Assembly (NCBI GenBank): GCA_021613535.1
Contig: CP075494.1
Span: 5,022,001 to 5,086,000 of the forward strand
DNA length: 64,000 nt
Source of the DNA: Adineta vaga
Lineage: Eukaryota; Animalia; Rotifera
Direction: 5' to 3'
Made by a program: the position numbers and the translations under genes. Of this stretch, positions 24,014-34,982 are shown in pieces. Each line of letters starts with the position of its first letter. The stretch's first letter is position 1. The notes under the pieces were generated by a model. The model was given only the letters and a program-made list of their open reading frames with translations. It did no database searches and was not told the DNA's origin.

Positions 24014-24346
24014 TTAAAAACGAACTATAGCAGTGACAATGAAAGCAAGAATAACAGTTCCAAAAGTTGTATATCGATTAAAAACATGTGATATTGCACC
24101 ACCAGGCATACACATACCACCTGGTACAGAACCTGCATCTTTACAATAAGTAGGATCTTTATTTACACATGCTGCTTTACATGTATCATCGGTGCATCCC
24201 ATCAATGGAAACATTGGTACATGAGGATCAGTACATTTTCCATCCTTACAGCACATACACATACAGTCTAAATCATCGGCTCCTATGGTCACATACATAG
24301 TTGCTAAGAAGACCAGAATACATATGAATTTAATAGTTAATTTCAT
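24014..24346 (-). CDS. Small secreted, probably GPI-anchored, 10-Cys protein (110 aa)
   Basis: ATG 24346 follows a pyrimidine-AG acceptor; signal peptide, DCMCMCCKDGKC...C..C domain, hydrophobic C-terminus. Confidence 0.75.
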   Translation of the reverse strand: MKLTIKFICILVFLATMYVTIGADDLDCMCMCCKDGKCTDPHVPMFPLMGCTDDTCKAACVNKDPTYCKDAGSVPGGMCMPGGAISHVFNRYTTFGTVILAFIVTAIVRF

Positions 24347-25121
24347 TTTTCTAAAGAGAAAAACAAATAAGATATTAATTTCTATGATCCTAAACAAAAA
24401 ACAACTCACTATAATAAATACGACGTTGTTGAAAATGGTTATATACATTTTAGTTTCATTTACTTTACATACCTTCAATATAAGCAAGAATGATAAGATA
24501 TCGGTCGTATAGATTGATAACATGTATAAAGATATAAACACATTTGGTTTATATTTACCATATAAGATCTTCTCTTTCGACGATGTGATAGTTACCTGGT
24601 TGTTAATACATACTCAAAACTCATACAATTCATTTTTCGTTACTTATCATAGTAAATGTAAACGAATAGCAAATAATAAGACATCATTTGTTACTTGTTT
24701 AATACCTTTTTGAAAGAGAACAGAGATACATTTATTACATGAATAAAAAGCGAATATTGTATTTCATACAACATATATTTTTTAATAACGAAAAATAACT
24801 ATATCGTTAATTAGAATGTTTTACAAATTCTGCCAATCTCTGATTTTCTTGTGTATACAGTACAATGTCCAATATACGCATCGGACTTTTATTTTCTTTC
24901 TTGACTCACGTATGATATCAAGCATTTTTCTCTTTCTCTCTACTTACATCATTCTTTCTGAGACTATCGAACTATCAATTCGTGGCTTTCACTGAAAAAC
25001 AAAGTGCATCGTTTTACATCATTCTGTCGTCATTTATGGAGTCGTCGATAGTCGTCTATTTTTTTTTTCATTTCTATATAAACCGTTTGATCATACCATA
25101 ATACTGTTATTCAATTTAATC

Positions 25122-26119
25122 ATGACTGTTCGTATCGTATCATACAATATTTTAGTACCAAAATATGCGAATCGACCTGAATATTATCATAAATGTCAAC
25201 CGGAATTTTTACAATTTAATCATCGATGGAATTTAATTGAATCTGAATTAAAAAATGAAATTGTTCGATATGAAAATAGTATCATTTGTTTACAAGAAGT
25301 TTCTCTTACAATTCTGCCACAATTGGAATTATTTTTTCGTCGAATGAATTATTCATTCTTTCATAATTTATATGGCCGTGCACATGATGATTATATGGGT
25401 GTAGGTTTAGCAATTCCTCTTTCTATGGAATTGACTTCGATTTCTATGATTAAAATTGGAGATCGTATACAATCCAGAATTAAATTACGTGAAAAATATG
25501 CAAGTTTTTATGCATGGGATGGAATTTATATCAATATGCTTTGAATAAATTTATTGAATCAACACCAGATCCATGGCAAACTGCAATCAATCGATCTAAT
25601 ACACTTATTTGTTTGCGTCTAGTTATTGATAAGAAACCATTGTTTGTTGGTACATATCATATGCCGTGTCTTTATAAAGAACCTGATGTGATGGCAATTC
25701 ATTCTCAATTTGTAAAAGATGTAATGTTTGAATTAGCGGCTGGCGAAGATTTTATTCTTGCAGGTGATTTTAATATTAAACCACGAGATAACTGATATCA
25801 AGCTTTAACTGAAAAAGATTATCTTGCTTTTACTTTGCCAATATCCAGTATTTATGATATTTCTTATCAAAATAATAGAAATCAAGTGCTAAAAAGTGCT
25901 TATCGAGAAAAGAATGGAAAGGAACCACTTTACACGAATTATGTTGATACACCACCATCACCCAATTTTTGTCAAACACTTGATTATATCTTTTTTGTTG
26001 GTCATCTTAAAGTTAAAGATGTATTAGCTTTACCAGATCAACCGAATGGTGAATCGTATCCCGATAAAACACATCCATCTGATCATCTGATGATTGCAGC
26101 TACATTTCAATTATCATAA
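25122..26119 (+). pseudogene. EEP-family (CCR4/nocturnin/angel-like) phosphoesterase with one frameshift and one in-frame stop
   Basis: Motifs VSYNIL, ICLQEV, GTYH, AGDFN, TLDYIF, PSDH. Frame change near 25505-25520; TGA at 25793-25795 is in frame with the downstream part. Confidence 0.85.
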
Positions 26120-26364
26120 TCTTAAAAAACAACAACAGTTGTATTTTTTTTTCGAATGATGTATACCTGATAATGAATTGATATTCAATAAAGGTATACG
26201 ATGCCTTTATATATCATTTAATAAATATTTCAACATGAAAACGTGTCTCATCTTATCTACGTATAGACCATCAAATAAAGAGTCCTTTTTTATCATTTAC
26301 ATACACACATATAGACAAACAACGTTTATTGAAAAAAGGATTGAGTAAATACATAAGAAGTAAT

Positions 26365-28917
26365 ATGTATTCTCATGTTGTATTATTACTATTTATAATC
26401 GTGATACAGATTCTTCCAGTTGTATTATTTCATTTCGATCGTAATGTTATATCAGAGAAGTTAACTGAAACAGATATTCGTCATCCACGTTATGGTAGAG
26501 TTGATAACCCAAGTGTAAGTTCCGAGTATGACTGTGCTCTTCGTGCTTTCACTATTGAAATGGCTAACTATATTGCACCACCTCCCTTCAAAACCAATTG
26601 GACAACTCTTGCTCAAAGTGCTTTCCAAATGAATCAATGTCATAACACCTCATACTCCAACTATCAATCATCATCATTCTCATCGTCGAAAACAAAGAAT
26701 GCGAAGAAGAACAAATCTTGTCATCATTCTATCTATGTACATGATTTCAAAGGAAATGATCAATTCGATGGATCATTTCGACGACCCATGAAAACCACTC
26801 AAGCTGCACTTCATCACACTCGTCTTCGACGTCAAACATATGCTGGTGAGAATCAAAATACATTATGTATCATCATTCGAGGTGGAACCTATTATCTTGG
26901 AACAAATGCATCGACCACAACAACAAGTCAAAAAGGTGTTATTGCATTGACAAGTAATGATAGTAATCTTGTCATCGAAAACTATGAAGATGAACGTGTA
27001 GTATTGAGTGGTGGAACATTACTTGATCTCAAATGGTCATTGCATTCCAAAACATCGACTGGTGGAACAATTATGAAAGCTCAGATTCCATCGTGGGTGA
27101 ATGTTGATGAATTTAATGAACTGTATGTGGATGATCGACGAGCAATTGTTGCCAAATATCCAAATGGTGATCCATCGACTCAAGGATTGTACGCAACTGA
27201 TCCTGGTTTTTCATATGGTTCACAAAGTTGGATACCACCTATTCATCATCCAAGTGTCGAAATCCATGTACAAGAACCACATCGTGATGGTACAACTTTT
27301 CCATATTATCAATTAGGTGTCGGTGGTGGTGCATCAGTATTCAATCCACCTAGTAATTTTTGGAGTACTGCTTCACCTCCTGCAGGTGATAATTATGTTG
27401 TTCCTGGTGGTTTGGTAGTGAAAAACAATGTTCTTCCTCACATTCAGCAGTGGTCTAATCCTTCCACTGGTTTTGTGCATGCCTTTCATTCTGGTTATTG
27501 GGGTAGCTGGATATTTGAAATTGAATCAGTGAATAGTTCACAAAATACAATCATGTTCGGTCGAGGTGGATTTCAAGAAGCACGCGGCTCAGATTCAGGT
27601 GGTGCATTCTATGTCTCTAATCTTTTCGAAGAACTCGATTCACCAAATGAATGGTTTCTTGACAAAACAACTCGTACTCTTTATTTCATGCCCAATCAAA
27701 CAATGGGCAATGTGTTTGTTGCTAGTCAAGTTGCATGTTTGATTTCATTGAGTGGAAGTAGTATGAATGATCCGATTGAGAATGTTCTCATTCAAGGTTT
27801 GATATTGACACAAACAAGTAACACTTATATGAAAGAATACATGGTACCAAGTGGTGGTGATTGGTCAGTTCATCGAGGTGGTACAATCTATATGACCAAT
27901 ACAAAACACATGTCGATTACACGGAATGTGTTCATTGAATTAGGTAGCAATGGTATTGTGTTGATTGATTATAATGATGATAGTTCAATGATATGGAATG
28001 AATTTGCATGGTTAGGTGATTCAGGTATTATACTTGTTGGAAGTACAAATGGTATTGATGGATATAGTGTGGAAAGTCAACCAATGAATATTTTGATAGA
28101 ATCGAATTTGTTTCATGAAACAGGTATTTATGTGAAACAATCATCGCCAGTGTTGATTTCTGTGAGTCGAAATGTTCGAGTGATGGGTAATTTGATGTTT
28201 AATATGCCTCGTGCAGGTGTGAATATCAATGATGGTTATTATGGTAATCATACAATCAGTGGAAACGTAATATTTAATAGTGTTCGTGAAACGAGTGATC
28301 ATGGTCCAATCAATACATGGGATCGGCAACCTTATTTGACAGATAGTGTTGAATCAGGTATCCCTTCATTGTGGCAACATGAAAGTTATATTCATCATAA
28401 TGTTCTCTTTAACAACTACAACTCTTTTTATCCAATCGATCATGATGATGGTAGTTGTTTCTATGAAGACAGTTATAATTTTCAAGTTTACGGTGGCAAG
28501 AAGAACTATTTGGGACATTCAAAAACAGATCATCATGAAATTTATGTATATCCGGATACAAAATCTAGTCAAGGTACGGGTGTTTGTATTGCTGATCAAG
28601 CTCCATCAAGAGGATCCAGTGGTTGGAATGAAACTTGGATACAAAATACTTGCATACTCTATCAGAGCCCTGTACCATACAATATCTGGTCTTGTAACAC
28701 AGCTGATCTATTCGTACCTTATTTAGCAAATAATCGAATCTATATTCCAGCAAGTGCAGAAGTAGCATTTGTATGTATTGTGAATGGTAGCAGTGCACGT
28801 CTTAGTTTAAATCAATGGCAATCCTATGGTTTGGATCTTGGTAGTACTGTTCAACCAGCACCAGATATTCAAACAATCATTGAATGGGGTCGTGAAATGT
28901 TACAACAAACAGTCTAA
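26365..28917 (+). CDS. Secreted right-handed parallel beta-helix protein, copy 2
   Basis: ATG 26365 (MYSHVVLLLFII signal); paralogue of 11574..14096; intronless. Confidence 0.85.
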   Translation: MYSHVVLLLFIIVIQILPVVLFHFDRNVISEKLTETDIRHPRYGRVDNPSVSSEYDCALRAFTIEMANYIAPPPFKTNWTTLAQSAFQMNQCHNTSYSNYQSSSFSSSKTKNAKKNKSCHHSIYVHDFKGNDQFDGSFRRPMKTTQAALHHTRLRRQTYAGENQNTLCIIIRGGTYYLGTNASTTTTSQKGVIALTSNDSNLVIENYEDERVVLSGGTLLDLKWSLHSKTSTGGTIMKAQIPSWVNVDEFNELYVDDRRAIVAKYPNGDPSTQGLYATDPGFSYGSQSWIPPIHHPSVEIHVQEPHRDGTTFPYYQLGVGGGASVFNPPSNFWSTASPPAGDNYVVPGGLVVKNNVLPHIQQWSNPSTGFVHAFHSGYWGSWIFEIESVNSSQNTIMFGRGGFQEARGSDSGGAFYVSNLFEELDSPNEWFLDKTTRTLYFMPNQTMGNVFVASQVACLISLSGSSMNDPIENVLIQGLILTQTSNTYMKEYMVPSGGDWSVHRGGTIYMTNTKHMSITRNVFIELGSNGIVLIDYNDDSSMIWNEFAWLGDSGIILVGSTNGIDGYSVESQPMNILIESNLFHETGIYVKQSSPVLISVSRNVRVMGNLMFNMPRAGVNINDGYYGNHTISGNVIFNSVRETSDHGPINTWDRQPYLTDSVESGIPSLWQHESYIHHNVLFNNYNSFYPIDHDDGSCFYEDSYNFQVYGGKKNYLGHSKTDHHEIYVYPDTKSSQGTGVCIADQAPSRGSSGWNETWIQNTCILYQSPVPYNIWSCNTADLFVPYLANNRIYIPASAEVAFVCIVNGSSARLSLNQWQSYGLDLGSTVQPAPDIQTIIEWGREMLQQTV
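26533..28412 (+). repeat. Direct repeat, near-identical to 11715..13594
   Basis: Direct comparison of the two copies. Confidence 0.95.
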
Positions 28918-29799
28918 TTACAATTTTATTTATTCTAACATGAAATAAATTAACGAATACAATCGACGATTGTTCTTACAGAGAAAAACACGTATTTTGT
29001 ATTTTATTTCATCAATATCTTAGTAATTTTGTCATATGAAATAGATATGATTTAACAAGCTTGAGCAGTTTGTTGAATATCATCTAGATGAGCGTGCATA
29101 TGTCGAAGATTTTTTTTGAAGTTCTTTCACTATTTCAGATGATAAAGCTGTTGTTTGACTAAACGAGAGAGAACAAAGTGTTCGATCTAATGAATGAGAA
29201 ATCTTAGGAAAGAATTCATATATGTTCAAAATGAACATCTAAAAAATTAATCACAAGAGAAAATACGTTACTATTATATCTGATAGTTTGATCTATTCGA
29301 AACGAAAAAAACATAAGATTACTTCAATAAAAATTCAAATCTCACGAGGATTTGTCAGTTGAATGAGAAAAGCAACTGGTTCCAACGGTTTTTTCTCTGT
29401 AGCTAAACCTTGATAACTATGAAAGGCACTCGTTCTAGTGAAACTTTGTATCCATACATTCCTAGTACCATTCAAATTAACTGTTAATGTTTCGAATCAA
29501 TTCTATTGATAGCACATGGATAGACTTCATATTAAATACCCGCATAATAAACAACAAGAATTTTATTCTATCTAACCAAATAAGAAATACCAGACTTTCG
29601 TAATATAAAAATCTTTCTTATTTTTAATTCGTGGACATAACGAAGCGGAAGACATTCCTCATATGAAAAAAAAACAATAAAATTCATTATTTTTAAATAC
29701 GCCATGATTTACTTCTCATATACTTTGTTTTAATTTCAACTATTTGCTATCCAAGAGAAAACAAAGATAAACAACAGATAACGTTATTACATTGCAAAT

Positions 29800-30600
29800 A
29801 TGAATACAACAGCGTCATCAACACCGTTATTTAGTCGTTTATGTGATGAATATTTTTATTCATCTGAATGGTTAACATTTACAATTTGTGTTTATTTAAC
29901 ATTTCAAATCGTTTTTTGGTCTTATAATTGCTTTCTATTTTTTATTGAATATTATGATATACCATCGATTGATCAATATCGTATACAAAAACATAAACCA
30001 AAACTTCGTTTTCAACCCGAATTAATTCGTCAATTACGAAATGGAACACTTGAACATCAATTATCATTGATTTTAACACTCCCATTCTTATATCATTTAT
30101 TAAATATATTTGGTCATGTTTCTGTACGTTCATCAATTCCATCACTATTTACAATCATCTGGCAATTAATCATATTTATATTAACCGAAGATTTTCTTTT
30201 CTTTTGGACACATTATCTTTTTCATACACGTTGGTTATATAAACATATTCATAAAAAACATCATATTTTTAAACAACCAACAGGTGTTGTTTTTGTCATT
30301 GCTAATCCATGGGAATTAATAATACAAAATCAATTAGCTGTCTGGATTGCACCAATAATTTTTAAAGAAAAACATTTAATAACAATATGTATATGGATAT
30401 TTCTTCGTGTTTATCAAACAATCAATGCACATAGCGGATATGATCTACCATATATAAGTCCACAATATTATTTTCCATGGTTATTATCAGGAACATTACA
30501 ACATGATTATCATCATCAACATGCAAAAATGAATTATGGCAGTTTTCTAACCTTATGGGATCGATTGATGAATACACATAGATTACACAATGACCATTGA
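29800..30600 (+). CDS. Fatty acid hydroxylase/sterol desaturase family (C4-methylsterol oxidase-like)
   Basis: His boxes HYLFH, HKKHH, NAHSGY and HDYHH, followed by NYG...WDRLMNT. Confidence 0.88.
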   Translation: MNTTASSTPLFSRLCDEYFYSSEWLTFTICVYLTFQIVFWSYNCFLFFIEYYDIPSIDQYRIQKHKPKLRFQPELIRQLRNGTLEHQLSLILTLPFLYHLLNIFGHVSVRSSIPSLFTIIWQLIIFILTEDFLFFWTHYLFHTRWLYKHIHKKHHIFKQPTGVVFVIANPWELIIQNQLAVWIAPIIFKEKHLITICIWIFLRVYQTINAHSGYDLPYISPQYYFPWLLSGTLQHDYHHQHAKMNYGSFLTLWDRLMNTHRLHNDH

Positions 30601-30936
30601 CATCGTTTTTGATCAAATAAAACAATTATATCATTTTGCCCTTGGCTTACAGTTGAGAGATACTACATCACGTGTGTTTCCTATTGAAAACAAATCTTAA
30701 GAATACATCCTATTTTTTTTACAAAAAGAACAAATAAAATACTTTTCGTTCGTTATTTACGTTTATGGCGACCTTATTTACTTGCGTATACTGTCCTAGT
30801 TTTAAATACATTGAAAATCATTCGATCATAATTTATTCATACGTATGACATTACAGAAAAAGCGATAAGTATATATATAGGCATAAACTATTTACGAGAT
30901 AGATTTTAGTCTGGTATTATTTGGTGGCACTGTTCT

Positions 30937-31989
30937 TCATTTTACCGATGGCTGTTGTTCATTCGTCATTGTATTATGCGTATTTTGAAATTCTGGTACA
31001 AAACGAAAAATCTTTCAGAGCTGACGAAGAAGTGCTTGTCGAAATACGGCACCCACTAATGTGTACAAGTAAAAGGGTAACTGAATAAAATAAACATCAT
31101 TATCTTTTGAAAATATCAATACTAATGGACTTACTCCGATGCCAACATATGTGAAAAGGAAAACAAATTGAAAGCTAACACTTTCGAGAGCTCGTCGTTC
31201 AGGATTTTTATTGTCACTAGCTGTAACTGTTGTATAGATTTTCTGTATACTAGCAGATAAATTACAAAATGTTAATAAACAAATTTGTGTAATCATTAAG
31301 ATAGTCAATGTTGATTGAGTTCGCATTGTTTTTCTTTCCGGTTTTGTTAGTCGCATTTCATTACCTTGGCCAACCCGACGTGAATTGTGTCGAATGTTGT
31401 ATAAACTAAGTGAGCCAAATATTAACATAATTACACATGGTACAACTACAAATAGAAATGGATGAATAAAATCATTTAAATAAAGACAAATATCATTCAT
31501 TGCACCGCATGCACCTCGGATACTCTTTTGATTAGCTGCAAAGCAATAGAAAATGTTGCTAAATGATAGAAAAACGATGAGCATTTCTCATTGTTGACAT
31601 CATTCGAATGCGAGCATTTAGACAACTATTTAACCATCGTTCAACTGTAACGAAAGCTGTTAGGAGAGCCGAACAACAAAATCCTCCAAGAAGAATAAAC
31701 GTATAAGATTTGCAAATAACATCATAACGTTCAGTTATATCAAAGCCAAATGTATTCGAAAATCGATTTGGTAAACCTATAACTAATACGATACCCGATG
31801 CGATTTATATGATGCTAAAAAGAATCGTGAACAAGGTGTTTTGTTTAATTCTTGATCGGTACCAAAAATAAAAATATTAAGTACAACTCCAATAGATCCA
31901 AGTAGAAATACAACTAATGAACCATATCTATTCGTATTCGTTCCAAGTGAATACAATTGAGTAACATAAAATGTATTGTTAAATGACAT
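30937..31989 (-). pseudogene. Class A GPCR pseudogene
   Basis: 7TM sequence (ICK...TVERW) split by frameshifts near 31805 and 31575; 54-nt intron 31134..31081; TGA at 31015 may be premature. Confidence 0.75.
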
Positions 31990-33619
31990 AATCGAGTGTG
32001 TGTATGAAATACTTATTCAAAAAAATAAAATGATCTGTGTTACAAACTTAGTTTAGAAAGAAAGCTCAATAAGAGATTAAAGATTATGAAAAAAGAAAAC
32101 AAGTTAGTAGGATAAACATGATAAATGCATGTTTATGCTTAGCTTGTCACTTGATTTATCAAATGATGTATTTCATTTACTCTAATTTACATTGTTAGTA
32201 ATCAACTATTTATTTCCTTATAGTTTTGAACTCAAATGACAACTATTAACAAATAAATATGTAAGCATAGCTTGTAGCTACCAGCAATTTTATGAAAAAT
32301 TAATAAAGATAGAAATTTAATTTTCATTTGCATGATTGACATTATGTAAACATATTTAAAAAGTATACTATTTTTACTGGAATCTAATTCACTTGCTTAG
32401 CAATGACGTTCTTGTGACTTTCTAACCAAGAGCACTTTACTGTAATAATTTTGTTTTTAATTTGAATCATTCTCAGCCAGTAAAAGAACATGTTGTTTGA
32501 TCGTCGATAGAAAAATGAGATATGTGATTCAGACTGTCAAGAGAGATATTGTATTGAAAATACTAAATATGAATGAATATTTATAACTATTTTGATAAGT
32601 TATAGGGATCTTTTGAGAATCGACGGTATTTTTAGAGAACTGAATTTATCGTTCTTTCAAACGTATCTTAATCAAATTTATTCTATACAAAGGCTTTCGT
32701 TTCTATTTATTCAATTTTTTTCAACAGGTCGAAAATATCCGTTTCAATAAATATATAATTGATCTCATGCTATTACATAAACCTTTTCTCTAATGTCATG
32801 TTGACAAATATCAGACTGTTCTCAAAGTTCGATCTTGTATCAATGAATTCGTATCATGTGATTCACCGAACCATCTATAAGTGATCTGTATTACTTGCTA
32901 TCAATATTTTATTATATGAAACTTTGGTATTTTTGTGAAAAAAAGGTCATGATGTAATCAGGTGATTTAATTCCGCTTTGAAGAGAATGAAGATATTGGC
33001 AAGCAATCAGGTCGAAAAATAAGGTCGATGTGCACTCTTAGAAATCGATCGATAAATAGGTGCACAAGAACGAATAAATATTATTTCTTGACATAAAAGT
33101 ATATTATAAATATGTAGAATCTTTTACGTTTTTTTCTTCATTGCATCTGAATCTATGCGTATTGCTTTATTATTTTCTCCCTTTGTAGGATGTTGATACA
33201 ACTGTTTAAAACGTATAGGGTAAGGTCCGAAGGTTCGATTAAAGTTTAGAGAATAATTCTTCGAAAAGTCCATTGCTTTGATAGATGTATTTTCACTAAA
33301 AAAAAGTGTATGAAACTACGTGTTTTATTGCATATACAGTCTGTCTAAACGAGAAAAACAAATAAATTGAAACTGTCATCGAATACGATAAAGTGTCTTT
33401 TCTAAGAGTAACTGTCATTCATTATAGACATTATCTATTTCTCTTGTCATTTTAATTGAGGTAAAAAAAACAGGTATATGTATTATTCATATTTTCTTTT
33501 CGAAATATACTTAATCAAAGTTTCTGCAAAATAAGAATCGATTTTGTTATTTGACGACGATTTCTAAATAGGATTCAATGTACATTTAGATATTGATTTT
33601 CTTTCAAGAATAAACAACA

Positions 33620-34522
33620 ATGTCTGATTTGATAATCTCTTCCACTCATTCAATAATTTCAATAATTATTGATATTCTCGCATTTAGTAGAAGTAATACA
33701 ATGTTTATCATTTGTCCACCATTTGCTGTTGCAGTTACAAAATATCTTTCCAGTAATATAAGGATAGTTGATTTATTTCGTTCATGGTTGTCAAGTTTTA
33801 TTTATTTATATCTTTATATCATACAATTCAATATTAATAATGATATCGCTGGTGTTGACGGTGATCGAATTGGAAAACCATGGCGACCTATACCTTCCAA
33901 TCGTATTAGTATTGAACGAGCGTGGAACCTTTACTCTATTGTTGTTGTTATTTATTTTTTCTATTCTTATATGATTAATCATTTATTTTGTGGTCTTCTT
34001 TGGATTCTTACTACAATTATTCTTAATTTTACCTCAATTCAAAATACAAGTATTGGAAAGAATGGTATGATTGCTCCAGCTACGTACGCAATGGTTACTG
34101 TGATATGGTGTTTAACAAATAATGTATCGAATATATTCAATCATACCAATGTTTTATGGAATTTGATATTTAATTCTTTGATAACTGCGATTGTTGCTGT
34201 TCAACAAGATATGCGAGATGTTGAAGGAGATCGTGTACAAGGACGACGAACATTTTCTGTTCTACTAGGTAGTCCAAAAGCAGAAAAATTAATTGCAAAA
34301 ATTGTTCTCTTCGCATTAATTTGTCTTCTTCTCGAAGCATATTTAATTGATCAAAAACGTTTAGTAAATAAATTCACATATATATTATTAAATTGTTTCT
34401 TATATGGAATTATGATTATACGAAATTGGTTTTCATATGATGTACGTAAAACGTATGAACTGTATAATCAATTAACTTTCTTTTTCTACTTATTTATGAT
34501 ACCAATAATAGAAACGAACTAA
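33620..34522 (+). CDS. UbiA-superfamily membrane prenyltransferase / UbiA-type terpene cyclase-like, intronless
   Basis: Motif 1 NNDIAGVDGDRIGKPWRPIPSNRI; motif 2 QDMRDVEGDRVQGRRT; multiple TM helices. Confidence 0.85.
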   Translation: MSDLIISSTHSIISIIIDILAFSRSNTMFIICPPFAVAVTKYLSSNIRIVDLFRSWLSSFIYLYLYIIQFNINNDIAGVDGDRIGKPWRPIPSNRISIERAWNLYSIVVVIYFFYSYMINHLFCGLLWILTTIILNFTSIQNTSIGKNGMIAPATYAMVTVIWCLTNNVSNIFNHTNVLWNLIFNSLITAIVAVQQDMRDVEGDRVQGRRTFSVLLGSPKAEKLIAKIVLFALICLLLEAYLIDQKRLVNKFTYILLNCFLYGIMIIRNWFSYDVRKTYELYNQLTFFFYLFMIPIIETN

Positions 34523-34982
34523 AATTTGTTTCTTTTGTTTTTTGTTTATATATTTTGTAAAACATTCGTAATAAAATTTAGTAATAGAAAAACAAACCGT
34601 TCGAAAAGAATCTCAGAAAAGTATATAAGCATCTTTTTTGATCAAATATGAATTAACTGTCAATCGAGTTCTGTCTATATAGATTGAAATAAACTACTTT
34701 ATTTGATGAGAAGCACACAAAATACATCAAGTAAATGGAATTTTTTTATAAAGGTTTCGAGAGAAACACGAGTTAGTAGATTAAAATAATCCAAAATTTT
34801 TCTTGACGTCGATCATGTATTGACAAAATGTTTTATTCTTATTTTGAACACGTTTTATCATCAATGTATAGGTTTTCAATCCGTTTGCTATCACGTTCTT
34901 GTCAATAGTGAAATTACTTTGTCATTTCACAATCTCTTTCTGTTCTTGGGAACTATTGATAGTACATTAGGAACTTTGTTCA

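Noticed and set aside
11715-28412. LTR pair or composite transposon formed by the 1.88 kb direct repeats
   Set aside because: The repeats lie wholly inside coding sequence, lack LTR termini and TSDs, and enclose ordinary genes with no gag, pol or transposase.
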